A stretch of 64,000 nt of DNA from Alphaproteobacteria bacterium (lineage in GTDB: Bacteria > Pseudomonadota > Alphaproteobacteria > SP197): the NCBI GenBank assembly GCA_964291415.2, contig OZ219920.1, positions 448,001 to 512,000 on the forward strand. The letters are read 5' to 3'. The translations under genes and the position numbers were made by a program. Shown here piece by piece: positions 37,199 through 48,847 of the stretch. The notes beneath the pieces were generated by a model. The model had not been told where the DNA came from and made no database searches. It was given only the letters and a program-made list of their open reading frames with translations. Every line of letters begins with the position of its first letter. The first letter of the stretch is position 1.

Positions 37199-39741
37199 AT
37201 GAACCACATCGCACCCATGCACGAATCGGCGATCCGGGACATCCCGCTCTGCCGGCTCGCGCTCGCGCCCGAGAACGTGCGCAAGACCCCGCCCGACGAG
37301 GCGGCCGAGACCCAGCTCCGGGCGTCCATCGCCGAGCACGACCTGCTGGAGAACCTCGTCGTGCGGCCCGACGAGCCGGACGCGGACGGCATCGAGCGCT
37401 TCGCCGTCGTCGCCGGCGGGCGCCGCCTCGCGGCGCTCAAGGCGCTGGCCGAGAACGGCACGCTGCACGCCGATCACCCGGTGCCCTGCAAGATCGCCGC
37501 CAACGGCAACGCCAGCGAGCTCTCGCTCGCGGAAAACGTGGTGCGCATCGCGATGCACCCCGCCGACCAGGTGGTCGCGTTTGCCGGACTGGCCGATTCC
37601 GGCGTCACCGTCCCGGCCATCGCCGCGCGCTTCGGCGTCTCCGAGCGCACCGTCGAGCAGCGGCTTCGCCTCGGCAACGCGGCGCCCGAGCTGCTGGACG
37701 CCTACCGCGCCGAGCAGTTCGACCTCGAGACCCTGATGGCGTTCGCCGTCACCACCGACCACGACCGCCAGCGCAGCGGTTTGGGAGCGGGTGTCGGGGC
37801 AGAACTACCGCCCCGCCGCCTGGCAGGTGAAGCGCATGCTGACCGAGGAGCGGGTGCCCGCCGGCGCGGCTACGGCCCGCTTCGTCGGCGTCGCGGACTA
37901 CGAGGCTGCCGGCGGCCGGGTGCTGCGCGACCTCTTCGCCGACGAGCACGAGAACGGCGTGTGGCTGGAGGACCCGAAGCTGCTCGACGAGCTCGCCATG
38001 AAGAAGCTCCAGGCGGCCGCCGACGAGCTCTCGACCCGCTGGAAGTGGGGGGAGGCCATGGTCGAGGTCGACTGGAGCGCCACCGCGCGCTACGGGCGCA
38101 TCCATCCCGAGCCCGGCGAGCCGACCGACGCCGAGAAGGCCGAGATCGAGCGGCTCACCGCCCGCCACGACGAGCTCGTCAACATGGACGAGGACGCGTG
38201 GACGGACGCGCTGGTCGAGGAGGCCGAAGCCATCGAGCCGCGCCTCGACGAGATCGAGGCCGAGGTCGAATCCCGCGCCCGGTTCAAGCGCGAGGATTTC
38301 GCGATCGCCGGGTGCATCGCCACCATCGGGCGCGACGGCTCGCTCCAGGTCATCCAGGGGCTGGTGAAGCCCGAAGACCTGCCGAAGGACACCGGCGCCG
38401 CCGCGAACGGCCACGACGCCGATGCCGGTGACGACACCACGGCCGACACCGGCCGGGTCAACGGTCCCGCCATCACCACGCCGCTGGCATCGCCCGTCGA
38501 CCCGCGCGCCAAGGCCCGCGCCGACGCGGGCGTCGGCATCGGGCTCGCGGACGATCTGCGGGCCATCCGCACCGCGCTCGTCAAGGCGTATCTCGCGGGC
38601 GACTTCGAGGCCGCGTTCGACCTCGTGGTGTTCCAGATGGTGCGCGCGGTGTTCGCCCGCGGCTACACCGCGTCGTGGCACGCGCTCGACATCCAGTTCA
38701 ACGAGACCGCCGACCGGCCGACGTCCCGGACGAACGACGACGACTTCGCGAGCGTGGAGCCCGGGCGAGGCGATGCTCGCAGACTGGTCGCACCTGCCCT
38801 TCGAGTGGATGGAGGGCGACGACGACGCGGCCTGCTTCGCCGCGCTCCGGGCGCTGCCGCGCGCGGACAAGGAGAAGCTCTTCGCGGCCGCGGTGGCGCG
38901 GACGGTGAAGGGCCAGCTCGCCTTCGAGCACGACGCCCGGCCCGAGCTCGAAGCCACCGTGGCCCGGCTCGACATCGACTTCGCGAAGCACGTGCGGCCG
39001 ACCGCCGACAGCTTCTGGTCGCGCATCAGGAAGAGCCGCATCCTCGACATCGCCCGCGAGACCCTGGGCGCGGCCTGGGCATCGACGCGGTCGAAGTACA
39101 AGAAGGCCGACCTCGCGAACTCGATGGAGGAGGCGTTCGCGGCCGGCACGCCGCCCGTGGGCATCGGCGCCACGATGCACGCCGCCGCGCTCGCGTGGGC
39201 CATTCCGGGGTTCGCGGCGTTCGATTCGGGCGGTGCGCCCGAGGAGGATGCCGCCGCGAACGAGGCCACCGGGGACGCTCAGGCGAACCCCGCGGACGCA
39301 TCCGGGCATGCCACGGCAGATACCGCGGCCGCGGAGAAGCCGCGCGCCACGTCGGTGGTCGAGAGCATCGAGTCCCCGGGCGTCGCGGAGCGCCGCGCCG
39401 CCGCCAGTGCGGAGGCCAACTCCCCGAGCGGCAACGGCGAATCCGTCCCCGCCCCGGATTCCCGCGAAGCTGCCGCCGAAGCCGAGACCGGCGCGAACGG
39501 CAACGGCCACGCCGATCCGGTGCAGGACGAGGCCGAGGCCGGCCCGGAGCCGGTGAACGGCGAGGGCTCGGAGGACGGACAGCCCGAACCCTCCGCCGCC
39601 GACGCCATCGACGCGATGAACCGGGTCCCGACCGCCGACGGCGGGCCCCGGGTCATCGTGCAGACGGTCGGCCCGGTGAACGGCGAGGCTCCGGCGGACG
39701 ACCCGCTGGACATCCCCGAGTTCCTGCGCCGCGTCCACTGA
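37199..39741 (+). pseudogene. ParB/Spo0J-domain protein of conjugative elements (+1 indels near 37772 and 38750), ending in an FtsZ-tail-like peptide
   Basis: PENVRKT, LLENLVV, VVAGGRRLAAL, SLAENVVR, HTH IAARFGVSER; C-terminus DDPLDIPEFLRRVH. Confidence 0.88.
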
Positions 39742-39761
39742 CCGTTCGCCACCAACCGAGT

Positions 39762-39790
39762 GCCCCGTCCGGCACGCCGCCGGGCGGGGC
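39762..39790 (+). terminator. Hairpin after ParB
   Basis: GCCCCGTCCGGC-N5-GCCGGGCGGGGC then GCTTTCCTT. Confidence 0.55.
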
Positions 39791-39824
39791 GCTTTCCTTC
39801 CCGCATCCATCACGGAGAGCGTCC

Positions 39825-41558
39825 ATGAACGACACCGCGACCATCCGCGCCCGCATCCACGACAGCGCCATCCGCCGCGTCACGAGGACCTTCGCTGCGA
39901 CCCTGACCGAGGCGTTCACCGAGATCCTGCAGAACAGCCGCAGGGCCGGCGCCACGCGGGTCCGCGTCGCCGTCTCCGGCGCCGGCGGCAACCTCGCGGT
40001 GAGCGTCACCGACGACGGCGCCGGCATCGCCGATCCGGGCGTCCTGCTCTCGTTCGGCGAGAACGGCTGGACCGAGGACCTGGTACGCCGCGAGGACGCC
40101 GCCGGCATGGGCATGCTCAGCCTCGCGCGGCGCGGCTGCACGGTTTCCTCCCGCCCGCGCGCCGCGAACGGCGAGCCCGCGCCCGGCTGGCGCGTCGCGC
40201 TTCAGCCCGCGCATTTTCTCGGCGAGGCAGAGGCCGAGGTTCACCCGGACGACACGGCGCCCTGGCCCGGCGGCACCGCCGTCGCGTTCGAGGCATACGA
40301 GACCGAGGACGCCGACGCCATCCGCAAGGCGGTCGAGACCGCCGCCTGGCACTACCCCCTGCCGGTCGTGTTCGAGAACGCCCCGGAGACCCCGCCCGGC
40401 GGCGAGACGCTCGAACGCCGCGCCTTCCTCGACGGCGCGCTCCATGCCGAGCCCTGGAAGGGGCTGGTGTTCGGCGTGTTCAAGGACCGCTGGAACGGCA
40501 TCGGCCTCAACGACCCGGACGTCAACTTCCACGGCCTCACCGTCACCGTCCGCCTGCCGTCCGTCAAGGCGGTTCACGGCCCGCACTGGACGGTCGCGGC
40601 CGACGTCGTGGACTGCCCGGAACTGGAGCTCGTGCTGCCCGCACGCAAGGAGGCGGTGGAAACCCCGTTCCTCGACGACATGCGCGAGGCCGCAAGGCTC
40701 GCGATCTACCGCGCCATGGCCGCCGATCCGGACCCGCGCCCGTCCTTCGAGGACCGCAGGCGCGCGCACGAGGCCGGCATCGACATCGCCCCGCCGCCCG
40801 CCGAGCTCCGGCCCTGGCGCCCCGGCCTCGCCGACGTCGACGACTGGCGCGAGCCGCCGAGGCGCGAGCCCGTCGGCGGGGACGCGCTGCTGATGGCGTG
40901 CGACCCCGAACCGCCCGAGGCGCAGGCGCTGTGGCGCGCCGCCGGGCGCGGCGGCATCGCCGGCCGGATGTTCGAGCCCGACCGCCGGCTGGAGGGCTAT
41001 GCCTGGTACGACGCGATCGAGCGCATCGTGAGCATTCACACCGAGGCGACCGTCGGCCGCCGCGGTCACGCGCTCGACCGCTATCCCGTGCCGGAGCGCA
41101 ACGGCGCGCCCGAGGCGCCGCTTCCGCAACGGCCCGATGCCATCCGCATGAGCCTCACCATCCGAGCCGGCAAGGGCGTGGGACGCGTCCTCGACCTCGA
41201 CGCCGATGTCGCCTTCGCGGGCGAAGCCTGGTCCTGGGTCGGCGACGCCCTGCCGCTGGTCACCGCCGCCAGCGACATCGACCCGTTCCAGCTCATGCTG
41301 CTGCTGCGGGCGGGGTATTTCTCGGCCTCCGACGACTCGGACGCCGATTCCTGGGAGCGCCAGCGCGACGTCTTCGAGCAGGAGGCCCACCACATCGCGA
41401 CGCGGCTGCTGGTCTCCGAGGACGCCGCGAGGCGGAGCTCCATCGCCGACGCTGTGACGCGCGAGGTGTTCTGGCTCATCCCGCACGACCGGGGCGCCGA
41501 CATCTCGGTCCGCGACCGCAAGGTCACCGTGACCCTGGGCGCGGCCGCCGCCGGCTGA
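39825..41558 (+). CDS. GHKL (HATPase_c) ATPase domain protein
   Basis: EILQNSRRAGA, DDGAGI, AGMGMLS, GGT motifs. Confidence 0.82.
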   Translation: MNDTATIRARIHDSAIRRVTRTFAATLTEAFTEILQNSRRAGATRVRVAVSGAGGNLAVSVTDDGAGIADPGVLLSFGENGWTEDLVRREDAAGMGMLSLARRGCTVSSRPRAANGEPAPGWRVALQPAHFLGEAEAEVHPDDTAPWPGGTAVAFEAYETEDADAIRKAVETAAWHYPLPVVFENAPETPPGGETLERRAFLDGALHAEPWKGLVFGVFKDRWNGIGLNDPDVNFHGLTVTVRLPSVKAVHGPHWTVAADVVDCPELELVLPARKEAVETPFLDDMREAARLAIYRAMAADPDPRPSFEDRRRAHEAGIDIAPPPAELRPWRPGLADVDDWREPPRREPVGGDALLMACDPEPPEAQALWRAAGRGGIAGRMFEPDRRLEGYAWYDAIERIVSIHTEATVGRRGHALDRYPVPERNGAPEAPLPQRPDAIRMSLTIRAGKGVGRVLDLDADVAFAGEAWSWVGDALPLVTAASDIDPFQLMLLLRAGYFSASDDSDADSWERQRDVFEQEAHHIATRLLVSEDAARRSSIADAVTREVFWLIPHDRGADISVRDRKVTVTLGAAAAG

Positions 41559-41717
41559 CCCAAGCCCGGATCCGCAGGCGCCGCCATGCCGTCCACTGCC
41601 ACCGCCAGCCCCCGGCCGCCTGGAGCCCGGCCGGCGTCCGTCCGGACGAGCGGGGGGCGGGGCGCGGGAGCGTCCCGTCCCGCCGCGTCCCGTTCCCCTC
41701 TCACCGGAGATCCCGCC

Positions 41718-41930
41718 ATGAAGACCCGCGCCGAACCCCGCCCGGCTCCCGCCGGCATCCCCGCCGCCCCGCCCGACTGCGCCGACGAGGCCAGGAAGCG
41801 CGCCATCGCCCACGCTCTCTGGACCGAGATCCACTGGCTGATGCCGACCGACCGGGCCGTGACCATCACCGTCGACGGCGACGACATCCGCGTCGCGTTC
41901 GGCCCGCCCGCCCGTTCCACGGCCCACTGA
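41718..41930 (+). CDS. Hypothetical protein (70 aa)
   Basis: GGAGA RBS; second half resembles the C-terminus of the upstream GHKL protein (EIHWLMP.DRAV.I.V vs EVFWLIP.DRGA.I.V). Confidence 0.6.
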   Translation: MKTRAEPRPAPAGIPAAPPDCADEARKRAIAHALWTEIHWLMPTDRAVTITVDGDDIRVAFGPPARSTAH

Positions 41931-42024
41931 CCCGGCGCTGCCGCCTCGACGTGGACGTTCCGCGTTCGCCCGCTCGCCGGACGGCGCGATCCCCTCCGCA
42001 TCCTCCACAAGCAGGAACCCCACC

Positions 42025-42434
42025 ATGCCCGAACCCGCCACCGCATTCGGTCCCGTGCTCCACGCCTACACCCGCGCCCAGGCGATCGAGGACGGCATCC
42101 TCGTCGACGTCTCCGAAACCGCGCGCGAGGCCGGTTTCCAGATTCCCGTCGCGGTCACGCGCAGCGTCTGGACCCGCCTGGTTGCCCTGCCCGAGGGCTA
42201 CCGGGGCTTCCAGGACGAGAGCGGGCGCCTGTGGGACGTGCTGTGGATGGCGCGCCACTACGCGCTCCGCGCCTCCAACAGCAACCGCGTGAGGATGTGC
42301 GTGCTGGTGCGCGACATCCGCAAGGACCTCCGCGACAGCAACCGCCCGCCCCGCAGGCACTTCCCCATCGTGGCGATCGGCGCCGGCGACGACGCAGCCC
42401 GGTCATCACCGTGATGTTCCCCGAGGACGACTGA
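42025..42434 (+). pseudogene. DUF6573-like plasmid protein (-1 indel near 42395)
   Basis: YTRAQAIEDGILVDVS, QDESGRLWDVLWM, PVITVMFPEDD. Confidence 0.75.
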
Positions 42435-42508
42435 GCGCGCCGCCGCGCCTCGTCCGCATTGCGCCGGGCCATGCCATCCGCAACCCGCGCCCGGAAAGGA
42501 GCTGAGCC

Positions 42509-43154
42509 ATGCCCCGCACCGTCGAGACCGTCGTCTACGAGCTGGAAGAGCTGCCGGAGGCGGCGAAGGAGAGCGCCCGCGCCTGGTATCGCGAGACCTG
42601 CCTCGAACACGAGTGGTACGACGCCGTGTTCGAGGACTTCGAGACGATCTGCCGGATCCTCGGCGTGACGCTCCGGACCAGCCCCGTGAGGCTCATGGGC
42701 GGGGGGACGCGGGAAACCCCCACCTGTTCTTTCGCGGGTTCCACAGTCAGGGGGACGGCGCGTCCTTCGAGGGTGCGCTACAGCCTACGCCCCCGGCGCG
42801 GCCAGGGCCATCCGCGCCCACGCGCCGAAGGACGAGGAGCTGCACCGCATCGCGGACGAGCTGCAGGCGGTCCAGAAGCGCAACTTCTACCAGCTCACCG
42901 GCACCATCCGGACGCGCGGCAACTACTGCCACGAGCACAGCATGGCGATCGAGGTCGAGCGCGACAGCCCGACCTGGCAGCCGATGACGGACGGCGCCGA
43001 GGACACCGTGATCGAGGCGCTGCGCGACCTCGCCCGCTGGCTCTACCGCCAGCTCGAACGCGAGTACGACTACCTCACCTCGGACGACGCGGTCGACGAG
43101 TCCATCGCTCTCAACCAGTACACGTTCACCGCGCAAGGCCGCCGTTTCGGCTGA
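42509..43154 (+). pseudogene. Conserved ICE/plasmid backbone protein of unknown function (indels ~42715-42790)
   Basis: VYELEELPEAAKESARAWY, GFHSQGDGASF, LARWLYRQLEREYDY, NQYTFTAQGRRFG. Confidence 0.7.
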
Positions 43155-43398
43155 CCCGCCCGGCCGTCCCCGGTATCGCGGCTTCGACAGGCCCGCCCCG
43201 CACACCCTCCCCATAGCACCGCGCCGCGCCCGCACCGCCGGGCGCCGGTACGCCGCCCCCGCCTGATCCCGCACGTCCCGGCCCGCGCCCTCCCGAGGCG
43301 AGGCAGCCGGCCGGGGGCAGGCCCGGCGACGCGGCGCGGGAGCCCTCGCTCTCGCCGCACGGCCGGCGGTTCCACGTCCTGCCACTTCGGAGAATGCC

Positions 43399-46300
43399 AT
43401 GCTCGACGCCCACCCGGCGCCGGACGCGTCCGCGCGCCCGCCGCTTCCCCCCGTATCCGTCCCGGCCACCGGCCCCAACGGCGCCATCGAGGACGCTCCC
43501 GCCGCGCTCCTCGGCGCCGCCCGCACTCTGCTCCCCGTGCTCGAAGCGGGCCGGCCCCTCGACGCCGCCACGCTCCGCGACGCCATGACCCGTGCCTTCG
43601 GCGCGAGCGACTCCGACGGCGCCTGGGTCTGGAAGGACGCCTACGAGGCGGCCGAGGCCGCGGTGGTGATGTTCGTCCGCCGCTACGGACGCGCCATGCG
43701 CCGGCGGGCCGGCGCCGGCGCGGACGGCCCCCGCAGGATGCTCGACATGCTCGCGGCCGTCGCCGCGCTGGAGCCCTCGCACACGAAGCGTTCCGAGGAG
43801 CAGGTCCGGCTCCAGCAGTTCTCCACCCCGCTGCCGCTCGCCTATGCCGCGCTCAAGGCCGCCGCCGTCCGGCCGGGCGACATCGTGCTGGAGCCCAGCG
43901 CCGGCACCGGGATGCTCGCCGTGATGGCGGAGTGCGCGCTCGGCAAGGACGCCGCCGGCCGCCTGTATCTGAACGAGATCGCGGCGGTCCGCGCCGGCCT
44001 GCTCGCGGGGCTGTTTCCCGGCATCGCCGTCACCCGCCACAACGCCGAGGCCCTCGCCGACTTCCTGCCGGGCCTGCGTCCGACCGTGGTGCTGATGAAC
44101 CCGCCGTTCTCGGCGACGCCGGGGATCGAGCGCATCCGCCACGACGCCGATCTGCGCCACCTCCGCTCGGCCTTCTCGATGCTGCCGCCGGGCGGACGGC
44201 TCGCCGCCATCACCTCGGCCCACTGCGTTCCCGGCGACGCCGCCTGGCGCGGCGCCTTCGCCGGCCACGCCGCGCGCACCGTGTTCACCATGGCCATCGA
44301 CGGGCGCGCCTACGCCCGGCGCGGCACCGGCTTCGACACCCGGCTCACCGTCATCGAGCGGAGCGCCGGGGCCGGCATCGACATCGACGGCCAGGCCCGC
44401 GCCGCGACGCCCGCCGCGCTGCTCGACGCGGTCATCGCGCAGGTGCCGCCGCGCGCCGCAATCGAGCCCGAGCCGATCCGGCCCGCGCCCGCCGTCGCCA
44501 GCCGGGACCTGTTCGGCAATGCGGTCACGCCGCCGAAGACCGGGAAGCCGGCCGCCCACGCCGCCCCGAAGACGCCTCGCGACTGGGGTCCCGTCAGCGA
44601 GCTCCCCGTCGAGACGGCGGCGCCGGAGACCGGCCCGGGCGCACCCGTCGCCGCGTCCACCGCCGGCCCCTACGAGCCCTGGCGCCCGAGCGTCGTGCGG
44701 GTGCCGGGCGCCATCGAGCACCCGACCCCGCTCGTGCAGTCCGGTGCGATGGCCGCCGTGTCCCATCCGGTGCCGGCCTTCCGCCCCATGCTGCCCGAGC
44801 GGGCGGTGACGGACGGGCTGCTGTCCGACGCCCAGCTCGAGAGCGTGGTCCTGGCGGGGGAGGCCCACTCGCGCCACCTCGCCGCCGACTACCGCATCGG
44901 CTCCGGCTGGGAGACCGTCCACCGCTGCCGCGAGGACGACGGCGAAGAGATCGACACCGCTTGTCTCACCGATGACGGCGAAACGCTGTCGGCCCCGGTC
45001 CGGTTCCGGCGCGGCTGGATGCTGGGCGACGGCACGGGCGCCGGCAAGGGCCGCCAGGTCGCCGCCATCGTGCTCGACAACTGGCTCCAGGGCCGCAGGC
45101 GCGCGCTCTGGCTCTCGCAGTCGGACAAGCTCGTCGAGGACGCGCGCCGCGACTGGACCGCGCTCGGGGGCGCGACGACGACGTCATCCCCCTCGGCAAG
45201 TTCCGCCAGGGGGCGGAGATCCCGCTCTCGGAGGGCATCCTGTTCGCCACCTACGCGACGCTGCGCTCGCCGGCCCGGCAGGGGAAGGCGTCCCGGCTCG
45301 ACCAGATCGTCGACTGGCTCGCGGGCTCGCTCGACGAGGACGACCGCCACGCCTTCGACGGGGCGGTGATCTTCGACGAAGCGCATGCGATGGCCAACGC
45401 GGCGGGGTCGAAGGGCAATCGCGGCGAGGTCGCGCCGTCCCAGCAGGGACGCGCCGGACTCAGGCTCCAGAACGCGCTCCCCGATGCGCGCATCGCCTAC
45501 GTCTCGGCGACCGGCGCCACCACCGTCCCCGGTCTCGCCTACGCCGGTCAGCCTGGGCCTGTGGGCCGCCGGCGAGACGCCCTTCGAGAAGCGCACCGAC
45601 TTCGTCTCCGCCATGGAGGCGGGCGGGGTCGCGGCGCTCGAAGTGGTCGCGAGGGACTTGAAGGCCCTCGGGCTCTACCAGGCCCGCGCGCTCTCCTACG
45701 ACGGGGTCGAGGTCGAGATCCTCGAACACCCGCTCTCCGACGCCCAGCGGCGCATCTACGACGCTTATGCCGGCGCGTTCAAGGTCATCCACCACAACAT
45801 CCAGGAGGCGCTGAAGGCGACCGGCATCACGCAGGGCGACGCCACCCTCAACAAGAACGCCAAGTCGGCCGCCATGAGCGCGTTCGAGGGCGCGAAGCAG
45901 CGCTTCTTCGGGCACCTGCTGACCAGCATGAAGTGCCCTTCGCTCATCCGCGCGATCGAGGCCGACCTCGATTCCGGCCGCTCGCCCGTCATCCAGCTCG
46001 TCTCCACCGGCGAGGCGCTGATGGAGCGGCGCATCGCCGAGATCCCGGCGTCCGAGTGGGACGACATCAACGTCGACCTGACGCCGCGCGAGACCGTCAT
46101 CGAGTTCCTGGCCCACGCCTTCCCGGTGCAGCTCCAGGAGCCGTTCACCGACGACGACGACAACGTCATGAGCCGGCCGGTGTTCGACGAGGACGGCAAC
46201 CCCGTCATCTGCCAGGAGGCCGCCGCCCGCCGCGACGCGCTCATCGAGAAGCTCGCGTCATTGCCGCCGGTGCCCTCCGCGCTCGACCAGATCGTGCAGC

Positions 46301-47897
46301 ACTTCGGGCACGACGCCGTCGCGGAAGTGACGGGACGGTCCCGCCGGGTGCTGAAGATCACCGACGCCCGCGGCGAGCGCCTCGCGCTGCGCACCCGGCC
46401 CGCCTCGGCCAACCTCGCCGAGACCGCGGCGTTCATGGACGGCGAGAAGCGCATCCTGGTGTTCTCGATGGCGGGCGGCACCGGCCGCAGCTATCACGCC
46501 GATCTCGCCTGCGGCAACACCGAGCGGCGCATCCACTACCTGCTGGAGCCCGGATGGCGGGCCGACCAGGCCATCCAGGGGCTCGGCCGCACACATCAGG
46601 ACGCACCAGGCGTCCGCGCCGCTCTTCCGCCCCGTCGCGACGGACGTGAAGGGCGAGCGGCGGTTCATCGCCACCATCGCGCGCAGGCTCGACAGCCTCG
46701 GGCGCGATCACGCGCGGCCAGCGCGATTCGCAGACCGCGATGGGCGGCGACCAGGCGCTGTTCCGCGAGAGCGACAACCTGGAGAGCCTGTACGCCAAGG
46801 CGGCGCTGCGGCAGTTCTACATGGCGCTCCACCGCGGCGCCATCGAGGGCTGGTCCCTCGCCGACTTCGAGGAGGCGACCGGCCTCAAGCTCGTCCACGA
46901 GGGAACCCTCAAGGAGGACCTGCCGCCGATGTCGCGGTTCCTCAACCGGCTCCTGGCACTCCCCATCGCCGAGCAGAACCAGCTCTTCGCGGCATTGGAG
47001 ACCCGCATCGAGTCGAACATCGAGCAGGCGATGGAGGCCGGCAGCTACGAGGTGGGCGTCGAGACGGTGCGCGCTGACTCGCTCTCCACCGCGGGCCGCG
47101 AGACGCTGTATGAGCATCCCCGCACCGGGGCCGCGACCGACCTCGTCGAGATCGTCCGCCGCGACCGGCTGGAGCCCACGACCGCCGAAACCGCGCTCGA
47201 CATCGGCGCCCGCGATCCGGGGCCGGACGGCAAGCCGTCGCTGGTCGTGAACGCGCGCTCGAAGCGGGCCGCCATCCTGCTGCCGGCGCCGTCGCGCCTG
47301 TTCGACGACGGCGGGGTCCAGGAGCGGACGCGCCTCGTCCGGCCCGCGACCCGCGAGACGATGGCGCGGACGGAGCTCGACGCGTCCCACTGGCGCCCGG
47401 CCGACGAGCCGACCTGGCGCGCGCTCTGGGAGCACGAGACGACTGAGCTGCCGACCCACCGGGAATCGCGCTTCTGGCTCGCGGCCGGATTGCTTCTGCC
47501 TATCTGGGACCGGCTGCCGTTCGAGAACATGCGGGTGCGCCGGCTCACCACCGACGCGGGCGAGGCCCTCATCGGCCGCGTGCTCGACGCCGAGCAGGTG
47601 AGAGCCGTGCGCACGAGCTTCGGCCTCGGCGGCGCGTTCGCCATGACCGGCGCCGAAGCGTTCGAGGCGGTCATGGGACGCGGCACCGCGCTCGCGCTCG
47701 CCAACGGCTGGCGGCTCGCGCGCCGGCGCATCATGGGCGCCGACCGCGTCGAGATCGAGGGACCGGTCGACGGCGACACCGATGCGCTGAAGCGCATGGG
47801 CTGCACCGTCGAAATCGTGTCGTGGCGGGCGCGCGCCTTCGCCCCCGGCGCGCACGTCCTCGACCGCATCCTAGAACGCTGGCCGCTCGCCTCATGA
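43399..47897 (+). pseudogene. Methyltransferase plus strawberry-notch-like SF2 helicase (indels near 45170, 45550, 46598, 46700)
   Basis: LQQFSTP, LEPSAGTG, MNPPFS, LSDAQLE, GDGTGAGKGRQ, FDEAHAMAN, VSATGA, AGGTGRSYH, QGLGRTH. Confidence 0.9.
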
Positions 47898-48045
47898 ACG
47901 GCGCCCGCGCTATACGTATTGCCGGCCCGCCGCCCTCCGGCGGCGCCGGCCCGTCCGCTACCATGCCCCGCACCGCCATGCGCGGGGCACGCGCCGCCGG
48001 CCCGCCGGCCGCCAACACCGCCACCCGCGCAAGGAGACCGCTCCA

Positions 48046-48315
48046 ATGACCGCGCAGACGCTCCCCGACGAACCCAACTTCTGTTTCGTGCCGGCCTACG
48101 ACGTCGAGACCGACGTGCAGCAGATCCGCATCGTCATCGAGGGCCTCGCCGGCCACGTCCCGACCGCCCTCATCGCGCTCGACCTCGACGACGCGCTCAC
48201 GATCTGCGACAAGCTCAACCGCAGGCTCGGTTACGACCGGGATGCCTGGACCGCCATGGCCGCCGCCTCGATGCGCGCCGAGACGCCCGAGCCCGGCGAC
48301 CCCGCCGAGCACTGA
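48046..48315 (+). CDS. Hypothetical protein (89 aa)
   Basis: AAGGAG RBS, high GC3, co-oriented with neighbours. Confidence 0.7.
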   Translation: MTAQTLPDEPNFCFVPAYDVETDVQQIRIVIEGLAGHVPTALIALDLDDALTICDKLNRRLGYDRDAWTAMAAASMRAETPEPGDPAEH

Positions 48316-48349
48316 GGCGAAGCCTTGTCCCCCGCCACAAGCTATGTCC

Positions 48350-48587
48350 GCGCCGCCAGCCGCATCGACGACATCGTGCGCGATCGCGGCTTAACGCAAA
48401 CCGAGGCCGCGCGGCTGACGGGCCTGTCCCAGCCCGACGTGTCGCGGCTGCTGCGCGGCGACTTTCTCGAGTATTCGCTGGAGCGCCTGTTCCGTCTGCT
48501 CAACGCGCTCGGCGCGACATCGTCATCCGCCTGCCCCGTTCCGCCGACAGCGCACGGCTGCGCATCGCCGCCGCCGAACCCGCCTGA
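48350..48587 (+). pseudogene. XRE-family HTH regulator fragment
   Basis: RGLTQTEAARLTGLSQPDVSRLLRG...SLERLFRLLNALG / RDIVIRL; no clear start; -1 indel near 48515. Confidence 0.75.
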
Positions 48588-48847
48588 CCGCTTCGCCGGT
48601 TTCGCCGGACGCCGCCGCTCAGCCGGCGTCCGCCCCTCCCTCCAGCCCGCCCCGAACGGGACGTCCCGCCGGCCGGCCTTCGGCCGCGCGGGGCACGTGC
48701 CGCCGGCCCGCCGCCCTCGGGCAACGCGGCCCGGACTCGCCGCGTACATCGCAACGAGGCGGAGTCCGGCGCACGCGAGGGCGCGGACCGGCAGGGCAGT
48801 GAAGAGCCTCCGGGCCGCACCCCTTCGCTGCCGTACGAGGAGGCGAC

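Noticed and set aside
37791-41558. 1255-aa ParB-GHKL fusion in the ORF track
   Set aside because: Created by the indel near 38750; GHKL has its own RBS and ATG at 39825 and ParB ends at 39741 before a hairpin
33690-48520. Programmed frameshifting or phase variation as the cause of the broken genes
   Set aside because: No shared slippery motif or long simple repeats at the breaks
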